Assembly (NCBI GenBank): GCA_052327205.1
Contig: CM126207.1
Coordinates: 241,056,001-241,120,000, forward strand
DNA from: Somniosus microcephalus
Taxonomy: Eukaryota
DNA length: 64,000 nucleotides
Direction: 5' to 3'
The notes beneath the pieces are model-generated. The model was not told where the DNA came from. It searched no databases and saw only the letters and a program-made list of their open reading frames with translations. A program made the translations under genes and the position numbers. Positions within the stretch are counted from its first letter, which is position 1; each line of letters begins with the position of its first letter. Shown in pieces: positions 1 to 12,070 of the stretch.

Positions 1-134
1 GTCCAAGCAGCGAGAGTGCAATGTGCTTGTATTTCACTGGCGAGAATGAGCCCATACTCTAACACTGCCAACACCAGGATCACCTGCTTCCAACAGCCTG
101 GCTGCACAGCCCGCGCATCTATTATTCATTTGTT

Positions 135-338
135 AGTCCAAAGATGTGCGGGTTAGGTTGATTGGCTATGATAAATTAACCCTTAGTGTTAGGGGGATTA
201 AATACGTGGGGTTACAGGGATAGGGTGGGATATGTGTTGGTGTAGGGGTTACGGGGATTGGGTGGGATATGTGTCGGTGCAGGCTCGATGGGCCGAAATG
301 GCCTCTATCTGCACTGTGGGGTTTCTGTGATTCTGTGA
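135..338 (+). mobile_element. 5'-truncated V-SINE/HE1-like SINE
   Basis: Starts in the V-domain (AGTCCAAAGATGTGCGGGTTAGGTTGATTGG), has a CR1-like 3' end and a (TTCTGTGA)2 tail. Near-identical to the inverted copy at 7640-7841. Confidence 0.8.
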
Positions 339-666
339 TATAATAAGTCTTATAATCTGGGCTTCCTAGCCAAGGATGACCAACAGACACAATCCTAGAG
401 ACACCCTAAAACATAACGTGGTGATTCTTTGATATTTCTGTTTGGTTCACTTGATCTTGCTGTTACTTTGTAATATCTAGCCTATTTGTAACTTGAAGGG
501 TTCGGGCACATTGTGGAACACTTCCTTCTATTACTTCCTGAAATAAGTTTTTAAAACAATGATTTTTAAGGGCAGAGAGATTATCCATTGTTATTCGATC
601 TATAGCGTGCATGAACTAATCTTGGTGATTGAAAGGTTTCTGACAGGTAAATATGTATATTACAAT

Positions 667-735
667 AACAGAAAATGCTGGAAACACTCAGCAGGTCAGG
701 CAGCATCGAGGAGAGAGAAACAGAGTCAACGTATA
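667..735. mobile_element. Penelope-like element terminal fragment
   Basis: AACAGAAAATGCTGGAAACACTCAGCAGGTCAGGCAGCATC motif, which recurs at 2817 and 47045. Confidence 0.6.
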
Positions 736-882
736 TTACAATGACCGTGTGCATCTTCAGTGGTGGAAAGTAGAAGCTAGTTGAGTTTAGTGCTGGTTAT
801 TTGATTTGAGGTTCTGTCGATTGCAATTTACTGGCTTTGTTTTGTAGTTTTTCTCCAGTATCCTGCCCTTGCTCATATTTTC

Positions 883-2353
883 ATAGAATCATAGAAGAGT
901 ACAGCACAGAAGGAGGACATTTGGCCCATCCAGTCTGCGCCAATGGTTCTCCCTCATTTTTTTTTCGGGTGCGTGGCCCCTTTAACAGGCTGCGCGGCCT
1001 GATCAAAGTTAAGCACATGCGCGAAATTTCACACTGGAAAAGCCGGTCCCGGGCTGCGTGGGACTGGTAGACAGCGGTGCGGCCGTGCAGCTTAGCAATC
1101 CACTTAGTCCCAGCCCCCCTGCTCTTTCTCCATATCCCTGCAATCTTTTCTCCTTCAAGTATTGATCCAATTCCCCTTTGAAGGCTACTATTGACTCTGT
1201 ATCCACCACCCTATCAGGCAGTGCATTCCAAATCCTAACCACTCGTTGCGTAAAAAGGTTTTCCCTCATGTCACCTCTGGTTCTTTTGCCAATCACCTTA
1301 AATCTGTGCCCTCTGGTTATCGACCCTTCAGCCATTGGAAACAGTTTCTCTGTATTTACTCTATCTAAACACTTCATCATTTTAAACATCTTGATCACAT
1401 CTCCTCTTAGCCTTCTCTGCTCCAAGGAGAACAACCCCAACTTCTCTGGTCTATCCATGTAACTGTAATCCCTCATCCCTGGAAGCATTCGAGTAAATCT
1501 TTCCTGTACCCTCTCCAAAGCCTCCACATCCTTCCGAAAGTGTAATGCCCCGAATTGGACACAATACTCCAGGTGGGGCTGAACTAGTGTTTTATAAAGG
1601 TTTAGCATAATTTCCTGGCTTTTGTACTCTATGTCTCTATTTATAAAGCCCAGGATCCCCTATACTTTATTAACTGCTTTGTTAACCTGCCCTGTCACCG
1701 TCAAAGATTGGTGCACAAGCACCCCCAGGTCTCTCTGTTCTTGTACCCCCTTTAAAATTGTACCATTTAGTGTGTACAGTCTCTCCACATTCTTCCTACC
1801 AACATGTATCACCTCACACTTCTCTGCACTGAATTTCATCTGCCATGTGCCCGCCCATTCCACCAGCCTGTCTGTCTTCTTGAAGTCTATTACCATCTTT
1901 CTCAGTGTTTACTACACTTCCAAGATTCATGTCATCTGCAAATTTCAAAATTGTGCCCTGCACCCCCAAGTCTAAGTCATTAATGTATATCAAAAACAGC
2001 AGTGGTCCTAGTACTGAACCTTGGGGAACTCCACTGTATACTTCCCTCCAGTCCGAAAAACAGCCATTCACCACAGTGCTCTGTTTTCTATCCCATAGCC
2101 AGTTTTGTAGCCATGCTGCTACTGCCCCTTTCATCCCACGGGCTTCAATTTTGCTAACAAGCTTAATGTGTTTTTTAAAAATCAAATGCCTTTTGAAAGT
2201 CCATAAATACAATCAATTGCACTGCCCTCATCTACCCACGCTGTTACCTCATCAAAAACTCAATCAAGTTAGTCAATCAAGTTAGTCAAACACAATTTGC
2301 CCTTAAAAAATCCATGCTGGCTCTCCTTTATTAGTCCATGCTTGTCCAAGTGG
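883..2353 (-). mobile_element. CR1 LINE, 5'-truncated, frameshifted RT and 3' end
   Basis: ORF fragments contain SGVPQGSVLGPLLFLIYINDLD, KFADD and [24 protein letters not shown]-type tail lies at ~883-895. Confidence 0.95.
941..1096. mobile_element. Short GC-rich insertion in the CR1 3' UTR, possibly an hAT-type MITE
   Basis: CpG-rich segment interrupting the CR1 tail, with GCTGCGCGGCC and GCGGCCGTGCAGCTTAG subterminal-like motifs. No clean TIR or TSD. Confidence 0.35.
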
Positions 2354-2816
2354 TATTAGAGAGACTGAGCAGCAGCAAGTCAGATCCACAATGTGTTTAT
2401 TGAAGTGGATTATTTGAAACATTTTTATAAACCCAAACTAGTGCCCAGTTGATTGATACCAAGGAGTCTGGCTGTGTCAGATAATTACCAATGTTCCCAG
2501 ATTGGGTGCTCTTATCAAATGCACATCGCAGTATGAGAAACATTGTGGCGGAATACTGCAGCAACACATTCAATCTCATAGCAGGACATTTACAGCAATG
2601 TGCAGTGCCAGTCACGCCCAGCCCATCATTTTGCAATCTGTGAAATCCCCTTGTCTCTGTAATTAAACCCTAATCTAGATTTGTGCTGCCCTTATAATGT
2701 CCTCACTACTTCCATATCAAACTGATCCCAACTTCACTCTCTGGAAAAGGTACAGTGGAATGTGTCAAGTCTTGCCTTAGGCTACCTCATTGAATCAGGC
2801 TCTCAATTCAATATAA

Positions 2817-2915
2817 CAACAGAAAATGCTGGAAAAACTCAGCAAGTCAGGCAACATCCGTGGAGAGAAATTTGAGTTGACGTTTCGGGTTTGACCCTTC
2901 TTCAAAACTGGAGAG
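2817..2915. mobile_element. Penelope-like terminal fragment with degenerate hammerhead core
   Basis: Same motif as at 667. The minus strand reads TTGAAGA-AGGGTC..ACCC-GAAACG. Confidence 0.6.
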
Positions 2916-4239
2916 AAAAGGAACTAGATCGAAGGCAGGGCTGCGATCGGACAAAAGAATAAAAGAACCAAAAGAAGTAAAAGAGATTAGAAGCTGGACG
3001 AGATTGCACCAGTTGGTTTCCTTTTAAAGTAACCAAACATTGTGCGGTGTGGAGCTGAAGATGGATCTGTTCATTCACAGGTGTAGTAATAGCAGCCTCA
3101 GTATTTATGGTCGAATGAAGATCAAAATCCTCAAACGAAGCTAGACTTCCTATGGCTGTGACTGAGGGAAGGGGGAAAGGTGTATTCAACTGTATTACAT
3201 CAGTAGGTTGGAATGTAAGCCTTACTATTTGCCGACTAATACAAAGTTTAACCTGTACTTATTGCTCGTTCCTGGCTTTCTTTATGGGTTCTGTCCAAAT
3301 TCCAATGTTCAAATCAGATAAGATCACAATTTAGTCAATCAAAGGACATGCAAAGTATACCATTTGGCACTGGTGGAAATGCGGTGTTTGCACGGCATGC
3401 TATTCTTTAACAGTGAAAGGCACAACACACACAGCTTCCCCTTTGACACGAATGCAATTTTGCGTGTGTGTGATGTCAATGGTCAGAGAACATGCGCACA
3501 CGCGAGTTTGTGGCATTTACCAGCAATTTCACAAAGTTTCCTACATTATCGGCAAGAGGGGCAACGAATTGTTTAATTACTTTTAGTAAAAGGTTCAATT
3601 TTACCTGCCTTGCTGACAAAGCTGCAGGCGTATCCTGGCTCCACTTTTCACCCTGAACGGCAAAAGGCAGCGTTTAGCCTGTGGTTTAAGCTCCAGCTCC
3701 TGGGGTTTCACTCTAGCAGCTCCGGTGCAATTCACTCTCAGACCATTGCTGTCAATCTCTGTTTACAGACTAACTTCACAGTGCAGCAGAAACCATTTCA
3801 CTGCGACACTAATGCTGGGACAGAAATGCATCCTTATATGCTCCATATATTCCACCAACTGGCTTCCTTCTCCCCTCCAAAGTTCTCCTAATTAACATGA
3901 ATTGTATCTTATTTTTTAAATCTCCGGTGTCGTTGTTTTAAGCATTCTGCATTGTAGTGCTGCATGAAGGGTTTTTTTCATTCAAATTTGCAGAATTCTG
4001 TAAAGGTATTCTTCACAGCGCCATTAGCATTCACCGTTAGTGTTCAACCCCAGAAATACAACAGACTTGACACATTGGACCACTGCCGACATGACCGCGG
4101 TTAATGACCGTTAATTAAGATACAAACACAACAAATTCGCCTGAGAATCTGTCGCCAGGGAGAAACTGCTTGCAATGTCAAACTCTTCTGCAGCTAAAAA
4201 CAAAATCCCTTTTATTGGATTCGGTTAGATTTTAGAAAG

Positions 4240-4590
4240 GCTTGCATTTTTATAGCACCTTCTTTCAGAAACCTCTCCATGATGTTTCTTTTAATGTAGG
4301 ACAAACGGCGTATCCATTTTGCGCACGAACAGCAATGAGATAAATGGCCAGTTAATCTGTTTTTTGCTCGTGTTGGTGGAGGAAGGAATATTTGCCAGAA
4401 CACCAAGAGAACTCGCTTCTGTTCTTACAGTACCATGGGATACAGACAGGTTCTCAGTTTGACAGTGGAGCACTCCCTCAATACTGACCGAGAGCCAGCC
4501 TAGATCATGTGGGCAAGTCCAGGAGGGAAGCTTGAACTCCGAACCTTCTGACAAGGAGGTGATGTGCTACCAACTGAGCAAGCTGACATT
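4240..4590 (-). mobile_element. Degenerate Deu-domain SINE (SacSINE1/AmnSINE-like)
   Basis: GCTTGCATTTTTATAGCACCTT L2-type tail, plus AGCAATGAGATAAATGGCCAG and GCACTCCCTCAATACTG blocks. Confidence 0.55.
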
Positions 4591-5258
4591 ATAGAAGAAA
4601 CATATCTGTGAAAACAGTCTTATTGTAAAAAGGTCATTTGATGTATAGAATCAATAGACATTTTCAATTCCCCAGAACTAATATTTCTCAACTTCATTAG
4701 CACACAATTTCAGCAAAAAATATTTATGAGAAAATGCTTGCTAGCATTGGGTGAAATTTCTTTCAGCAAATATTCACACTCACATTTTCCACAGATACTT
4801 ACCATCCCTTTCAAGGCTACTTTAAATGTGAAAATGCAGTGGAAACCTAATTGCCACAACAGGTTTAAAATTTTGAAGGCAAAAGGTCAATGTAAATATT
4901 TGGCTTGGCTTATTTTCAGTCCATTCAATTTTTAGCACTTATACATTACTATATCATGTTGACGTTAACAATCATTGAAAGTCTAGGGTGCTGTCTAGGG
5001 AAATTCAGTAATCAGAGAGATACTAAAATGTACAATTATTGTTAAGAGCAGTTAAGGTTTTGGGTTTTTTCCAAGCTCCTTGTCTCACTTGCTCCACCAT
5101 ATTGCTCCTGAACTGATGAGATCAGTCTTCTCACCCAGCAAATGTAACAGATAGAATCTGACCAAGCACGAAGAGAAACAGTGAAAAAGATGGCATTGGT
5201 ACAGCAAATAGATTTAATTAAATTAGGAGTAAGACTGGAGATCATGAATGTGTTGTTA

Positions 5259-5690
5259 CATAAGAACATAAGACATAGGAGCAGAAGTAGGTCATTTGGC
5301 CCCTCGAGCCTGCTCCGCCATTCAATAATATCATGGCTGATCTGATCTTGGCCTGAACTCCACTTCCCTGCCCGCTCCCCATAACCCTCGACTCCCAAAA
5401 ATCTGTCTATCTCCAGCTTAAATATATTCAATGACCCAGCCTCCACAGCTCCTGGGGGGAAGAGAATTCCAAAGATTCACCACCATCTGAGAGAAGAAAT
5501 TCCTCCTCATTTCTGATTTAAAAGGGTGCCCCCTTATTCTGAAATTATGCCCCATTAGTTCTAGATTCCCCCACGAGGGGAAACATCCTCTCTGCAACTA
5601 CCCTGTCAAGCCTCTTCAGAATCTTATGTTTCAATAAGATCACCTCTCATTCTTCTAAACTCCAATGAGTATAGGCCCAACCTGCTCAAC
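5259..5690 (-). mobile_element. CR1 LINE 3' fragment
   Basis: CATAAGAA tail and the CR1 ORF2 C-terminus (EAGSLNIFKLEIDRFL). Confidence 0.9.
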
Positions 5691-7639
5691 CAACCTGTTA
5701 GAGCAGCATTATATCATACTTTCAGCATTCCAAAGCTAGTAACTAGGAAAAATGTAATGAGAGAAAGAGTTAACCCTTTCCATTCCAATGTTTGACATTT
5801 GTGAAGTAACACATAGGCCCATTTCTGTTTTGTAAGATTTTTTAATTCTATAGGGTTTTCTGTAGATTTCTAACCTCAGCCATCACAAATTAAACCCAAG
5901 AAATTAGGAAATATTTCTTTAATTAATTCCAGAAAACTAACTGGTCTGTGGGTGGAAGAAGAATGCAACTCCAGAATGGAAGGTGGGGAGGTACAATAAT
6001 TACAGGAACAGCTTTGGCTGATACTAGTTTAGTGTTGTTGGCTAACATTATCCAAGAATACAATTCTGCCATAAACAATGCAATATTTTTGAAATTTCAA
6101 AATTGTAATCTGTTTACATTTCCACATGAAGATCTAACATGAAACAATTCAAAGCAAAATTGTAGAGCTTGTAATGTGCTCACTTCCTGCTGCCAGGTTT
6201 GATGTTGTGAAGCTCAAAACTTACTTACATTTCATAGCCAACTTGGGAGTATCTAGACAGGCAATTTGGTTTTAAAACTATACACACTCAATTTAAAGTG
6301 CTTACTACAGAGTGGTGGATGGTGCTTGGTCTCCACATCACACAGGTGGTGAACTCTCTCAGTTCTAAGTTGCCATGTCATTTTTAGTGAAGTGACTTAT
6401 GGAAGCGGAATGTTTCAGTTTAGAGAAAAATGAATCTTTGTCAATTGTGGCCTGTGGCAACACAGCCAACAGGGCTATTAGCTTCCAAGGCCAGATTAGT
6501 ACATCTATCAGACGTTATAGACTGATTCTTCTGTTTTCTATCAAGCCTGAAGTAGCAAGTGCCCACTTAATGAAGGTAAGAGGAGAAAAACTAAATAAAA
6601 CTATTTTTTTTTAATGTTGCAACTAGTCTCCTATCTGGATTTCCACAAAGCAATCAAAGCTGCTTAATTCATAAAAATGTAGGAATAAGTAAAATATTAA
6701 TAAAGAAAGATAGACAATTATACGTTTTATTTTATTTTAAATTGGCCTTGCATTTTTCTCCAAGTTCCTCTTGCCAAGGCAAATTTTATTCTGGAGGGTG
6801 GAGTTCTTCAAGTGCTGTCACTTTGGTATTTGGATTGAAGAAGGCACTTCAGTAAGGCTTCTGTGCAGCTCGCCATTGTTGAAGGCAACTGAAAACTTTG
6901 GGAGTATTATTTAGGTGAGTGGATCCAACCAACATGCAGCCAGCATTCAAATACATAACTTTCTAGTCACAAGAGAAGCAAAAGGAATTCATCTTTAAAT
7001 ATGTCCCATCAGGCCTCTTAAGTTTTAGGTCTTGCTTAGAATCAGTGAAAGCAAAATGTAGATCATGAGCCTTGAACAGAGAAATTTTAACCTGGGGGGG
7101 GGGGGGGGGAGGGGGAAGAAAGGTTCAATAGGAAAAATCACAATACAAATAATTCAATGGACATTCAATGCAGGGAATTTGAAATATAAACAGTGCATAG
7201 AATTTGCGTAACCATGATGGCAAAATGTCTTCATTTCATACTTTTACATGCAGGCACAGCCTCAGGTTCAAGCAGTACGTAGTGGAAATCTGTACAGCGG
7301 TACAGAACTGTATACACAATAGAAATTTGTATGGACAGTGGTAATCTAGTCAGAAAAAATCTGCAGAGTGGGAATCTGTAAAAACAATAAAGGTCTATAT
7401 ACTGTAGTGGATGTTAAAATGGAGACTTGGTAACTAAAAGATGATGATTCAGACCTATTTAAAAATGAGAGCTTCTTCACGTTTCCTCAAAGGTATTTGA
7501 CACAATAGTTATAATTGGTATGCAAGGTCATTGCAGTAACAACTGTGTTACATGATCTGTAAATATTTTTGGTATACATAATTATACCTCGTGTGAACAC
7601 ATGATAGGCATTAGCAGAATGTGTACAAATCAGGATTTT

Positions 7640-7841
7640 ACAGAAATCACAGAAATCACAGAAACCCCACAGTGCAGATAGAGGCCATTTCGGCCCATAG
7701 AGCCTGCACCGACACATATCCCACCCGATCCCCGTAACCCCTACACCAACACATATCCCACCCTATCCCCGTAACCCCACGTATTTAATCCCCCTAACAC
7801 TAAGGGTCAATTTATCATAGCCAATCATCCTAACTGCTGCC
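7640..7841 (-). mobile_element. V-SINE/HE1-like SINE, internally deleted
   Basis: Reverse complement of 135-338. Ends in TGCTGCC, the same terminus as the full copy at 51599. Confidence 0.8.
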
Positions 7842-7899
7842 AATTGCTAGTCAAATACTGTTTCAGCTATTTTTTGCAAAATGTTTATTTTAATTCATT

Positions 7900-9085
7900 T
7901 GCTAACTTTGAGGAGGCGCAACAGGCGATGAGGAGGCGCAACACTGATTCCTGGGATATGAGGAGAGATTGAGGAGAGATTGGGTTGACTACCCCACCGC
8001 CAAGAGATAAATCAGGCCTGCTGTCAACACATCTCTGCAGCATGGCGGAGATCAGGAATTTAGTGCCTTGGTGATTCACTTCACAGCACTAACCCATGAC
8101 ACTCCAATGCACTCCCGGTACTGACCTTCAGATCCAGTAATCAGAAAACATGCTCTGGGCCAGAGTTAACAACCTCAGCCTCCTATTAAACCCCAAGCCA
8201 AGTTTCCAATCTCATATCCTTGCCATCAGGAAGAATGCCCACCTCCGTCTCTAGGCCGCTAAAGCCCTCATCCATGCTCTTGTCACCTCCAGATTCGACT
8301 ACTTCCCCAGGCCAGCCTTCCATCATCTATACACTTCGATTCATCCAAAACTCTGCTACTCGTATCCTGTAACGCACCACGTCCCAGTCACCCATCACCT
8401 CTGTGCTGCTCGCTGATCTACATTGGCTTCCTGTCTCCCAGCACCTTGTTAAGCAACCTCCTCTGGTTCACAACAACACATTGAGTAAACATGAAACTTC
8501 ATAGTGGAGTATACGGAACAGACTTTATGATACACAGAAGGGTGATCGGCCTTTAACTGTAGAGAGAGAGTGGCTTTTCCGGTTTCTGAATCATTTGAAT
8601 ACACTCAGATACTGTTGAAAACCATAATCCTTTGTACATCATATTTTAAATAAATCAAAGGAAAATGTCAAAATGACGTATCTATTTCCCAGATCCTCTG
8701 AAAACAGATTCTCTATGTAAACAGTTGGCAATTGTTTACCTCAGAACCACTTCCCTTAAATAACACTTCCTTTACCTACTGTTATCTTTAGCAAAAGGAC
8801 TCCTACCCCTGTTTTATTACCCTAAAACCAAAGTTACATTTTAATGCCTACACTTATTTCCTTACACAAGCATTTTACATCTCAGAAAACAAGCAATACC
8901 TTCTCCTCATGACACTTCAGAGTCATCCTGTTTATATCGGAAAGACTGCTGCTTTAAAATAGAGAAGTTCCACTGTTAACCCTTAACTCCCCAAGACGTC
9001 CAACATACATCTCTCCAGGATGTCCAACACACCTCAAATTTAAAATTCTCATCCTATTGTTTAAATCTCTTCATGGCCTCATACT
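7900..9085 (+). mobile_element. Old L2 LINE fragment split by a solo LTR
   Basis: CCCTCATCCATGC..GTCACCTCCAGA..GACTA and CATCCAAAACTCTGCT blocks shared with the L2 copies at 44.5-45.6 kb and 48.5-49.3 kb. Resumes at 9035 with AAATTTAAAATTCTCATCC. Confidence 0.8.
8447..9029. mobile_element. Solo LTR, 583 bp
   Basis: TGTT...AACA termini with a perfect 5-bp TSD CACCT (8442-8446, 9030-9034). Removing it restores L2 continuity. Confidence 0.85.
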
Positions 9086-9399
9086 GAATGAGACTGACAA
9101 TTTAGAGGGAAAATTCCTCTCGTGTTACATTTATCTCGTGCAAAATAGTAATGCATACGTAACGTTGCTTGTCAAATCTCAATTCAAGTAGAGGCCTTAA
9201 AGCCGTCAGAGATTAGCCTTTCAACCCATCAAACGAAGCTGGATTCGAAACCAGATCCAAGTTCAAGGTAGGAGATCGGACTAGAAAGTATTGCTTTTAA
9301 ATTTCTCTTACAACTCAGAAAGCAATGCTTGAAGGCTGAAGGATTTTTATTTTCCACTATGTCCATCTTACAAATTACATCATGCAAAAGTGAATCAGC

Positions 9400-9960
9400 G
9401 ATGCAGGTGGCCTGGGATTGATGCCGTCACCTTTCACGTGAAGCACCCCCCCGTCATTGTTCTTTGTTGCCACAAAACTAACCCGTTCCTTCCTGAATTC
9501 GCTAACACTATTTGCCTCGGGAGTTTATTCCACATATTTACTGCTCTCAGTGTGGAGCAGATATATCTAAACTCTTTGTTCATCTTCCTTCTTCTAAGCT
9601 TGAGTCTGTGCCCCCTGGTTAGAGTTTGTGGTATGCCAACAATTTATTGTGGTTAAGATTATTTACCCACTAGGATCTTTAAACCTTTAATAAGGTCTCT
9701 CCAGAGCCTGCTTTTCTCCATTGTAAAAATTCCAAGCTTCATTACAGTCTCTTTAGAGCTCAGGTTCCTAATCTATGGTTTCAGTTTATTGCCTTCCTCT
9801 GAACCCTCTCTGAAGCCAGCATGTCCCCAGTATAGTAGGATGACCAGAACTGTACCACATACTCCAACTACAGCCAAACTGATGCTAAAAACAAACTTAC
9901 TATTATCACCTGGGACTCATGTTCCATCTCTCTGGCTGTATTCTCTAATTGACCCGAGAT
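9400..9960 (-). mobile_element. Old, diverged CR1 fragment
   Basis: Degenerate CR1 3' motifs (TTATTCCACATATT, TCTGTGCCCCCTGGTT, CCAGAACTGTACCACATACTCCA). Confidence 0.6.
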
Positions 9961-9986
9961 ACCCCGTTAATCACGTTTTTCTATTC

Positions 9987-11612
9987 TAATGAGAGGGAGG
10001 AATTGAATGAAATCAGTATTTGTAGGGAAATGGTGTTAGGGAAATTGACGGCATTGAAGGCCGATAAATCCCCAGGGCCTGATAATCTACATCCGAGGGT
10101 ACTTAAGGAAGTGGCCCTAGAAATAGTAGATGCATTGCTGGTCATCTTCCAAAATTCTATAGACTCTGGAATAGTTCCCATGGATTGGAGGGAAGCTAAT
10201 GTTACCCCACTATTTCAAAAAGGTGGTAGAGAGAAAATGGGGAATTATAGTGGGGAAAATGCTAGAGTCCATTATAAAAGATGTAATAGCAGAGCACTTG
10301 GAAAACAGTGAAGGATCAGACAAAGTCAACATGGATTTACAAAAGGTAAATCATGCTTGACTAATCTACTGGAATTTTTTGAGGATGTAACTGATAGAAT
10401 AGATAAGGGAGAACCAGTGGATGTGGTGTATTTGGACTTTCAGAAGGCTTTCGATAAGGTCCCGCATAAGAGATTGGCGTGCAAAGTTAAAGCACATGGG
10501 ATTGGGGGTAAGGTACTGACTTGGATAGAGAACTGGTTGGCAGACAGGAAGCAAAGAGTTGGAATAAATGGGTCTTTTTCCGAGTGGCAGGCAGTGACTA
10601 GTGGGGTACCGCAGGGATCGGTGCTAGGACCCCAACTATTCACAATATATATTAATGATCTAGACAAGGGAACTAGATGTAATATCTCCAAGTTTGCAGA
10701 CGACACACAGCTGGGTGGGCTTGTGTGCTGGGAGGAGGATGCAGAGAAACTCCAGTATGATTTGGACAGGTTGGGTGATTGGGCAGATGCAGTATAATGT
10801 GGATAAATGCAAGGTTATCCACTTTAGTGGCAAAAACAGGAAGGCAGATTATTATCTGAATGGCAATAGATTGGGAGAAGGGGAAGTGCAACGAGACCTG
10901 GGTGTCCTTGTGCACCAGTCACAGAAGGTAAGCATGCAGGTGCAGCAGGCGGTTAAGAAGGCAAATGGTATGTTGGCCTTCATAGCGAGAGGGTTTGAGT
11001 ACAAGAACAAGGATGTCTTGCTGCAGTTGTACAGGGCCTTGGTGAGACCACACCTTGAGTACTGTGTGCAATTTTGGTCGCCTTATCTGAGGAAGGATGT
11101 TCTTGCCATGGAGGGAGTGCAGCGAAGATTCACCAGGCTGATACCTGGGATGGCAGGAATGACGTACGAGGAGAGATTGGGTCGATTAGGCTTATATTCG
11201 CTAGAGTTTAGAAGAATGAGAGGGGATCTCATTGAAACTTATAAAATTCTAACAGAACTAGACAGACTAGATGCAGGAAGGATGTTCCCGATGGCGGGGG
11301 AGTCCAGAACCAGGGGTCACATTCTAAGGATAAGGGGTAAGCCATTTAGGACTGAGATGAGGAGGAATTTCTTCACCCAGAGAGTGGTGAACCTGTGGAA
11401 TTCTCTATCACAGAAGGCAGTTGAGGCCAACATTAAATATATTCAAGAAGGAGTTAGATATATTTCTTAAGGCTAAAGGGATCAAGGGATATGGGGAGAA
11501 AGCAGTGACAGGGTACTGAATTTGGATGATCAGCCCGGATCTCATTAAATGGCGGAACAGGCTCGAGGGGCTGAATGGTCTACTCCTGCTCCTATCTTCG
11601 ATGTTTCTATGT
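9987..11612 (+). mobile_element. Young CR1 LINE, 5'-truncated, RT through 3' tail
   Basis: KSPGPDNLHPRVLKE, YLDFQKAFDKVPH, GVPQGSVLGP, KFADD and [11 protein letters not shown], ending in an ATGTTTCT tail. Same subfamily as the copies at 27507 and 37051. Confidence 0.97.
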
Positions 11613-11699
11613 TTGTATAATGCAGCTTCATGAACAACTACACTTTGTTTCCTCTGACTGAGCCAATTTCTGATCCTCCTTGGGGGTTGCAAATACCAC

Positions 11700-11970
11700 A
11701 GAACAAGCAAACGAAACACAGTGAGTTGGATAGATTGGAGGATAGGGCTGATAAGTGGTGGATGTCGATTAATGTGGACAAATGCAAGGTGATGAGACTG
11801 GGGAAGGCGAATAAGCAGTGGGAAAAGCAAATGAAGTAGACTATAGTGGACAGCACGAGTGGAATTTGGGGTAATTGGAGATGGCTCATTGAAACCATCA
11901 GTACAGCAAGTGACAGCAATAAAGAAGGCAAATAAGAAATTAGGGTGCATAGACAGAGGGATTGATATTG
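11700..11970 (+). mobile_element. Old CR1 RT fragment
   Basis: ELDRLEDRADKWWMSINVDKCKVMRLG. Confidence 0.7.
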
Positions 11971-12070
11971 GCTCAATCAGAAGTTGTTCTGTCTTCTGAC
12001 TTTGTGAACCAATTTCCTGTGTGGCTCTGTGAAAGGCTATTCTAAAATCTAAGTATAAAACATCTACTGC

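Noticed and set aside
1-130. Start of a neighbouring gene such as SPIRE2
   Set aside because: No coding similarity visible. Synteny alone is insufficient.
5085-6400. Small minus-strand exon-like segments
   Set aside because: Splice-like dinucleotides are present, but there is no coherent frame or recognisable protein.
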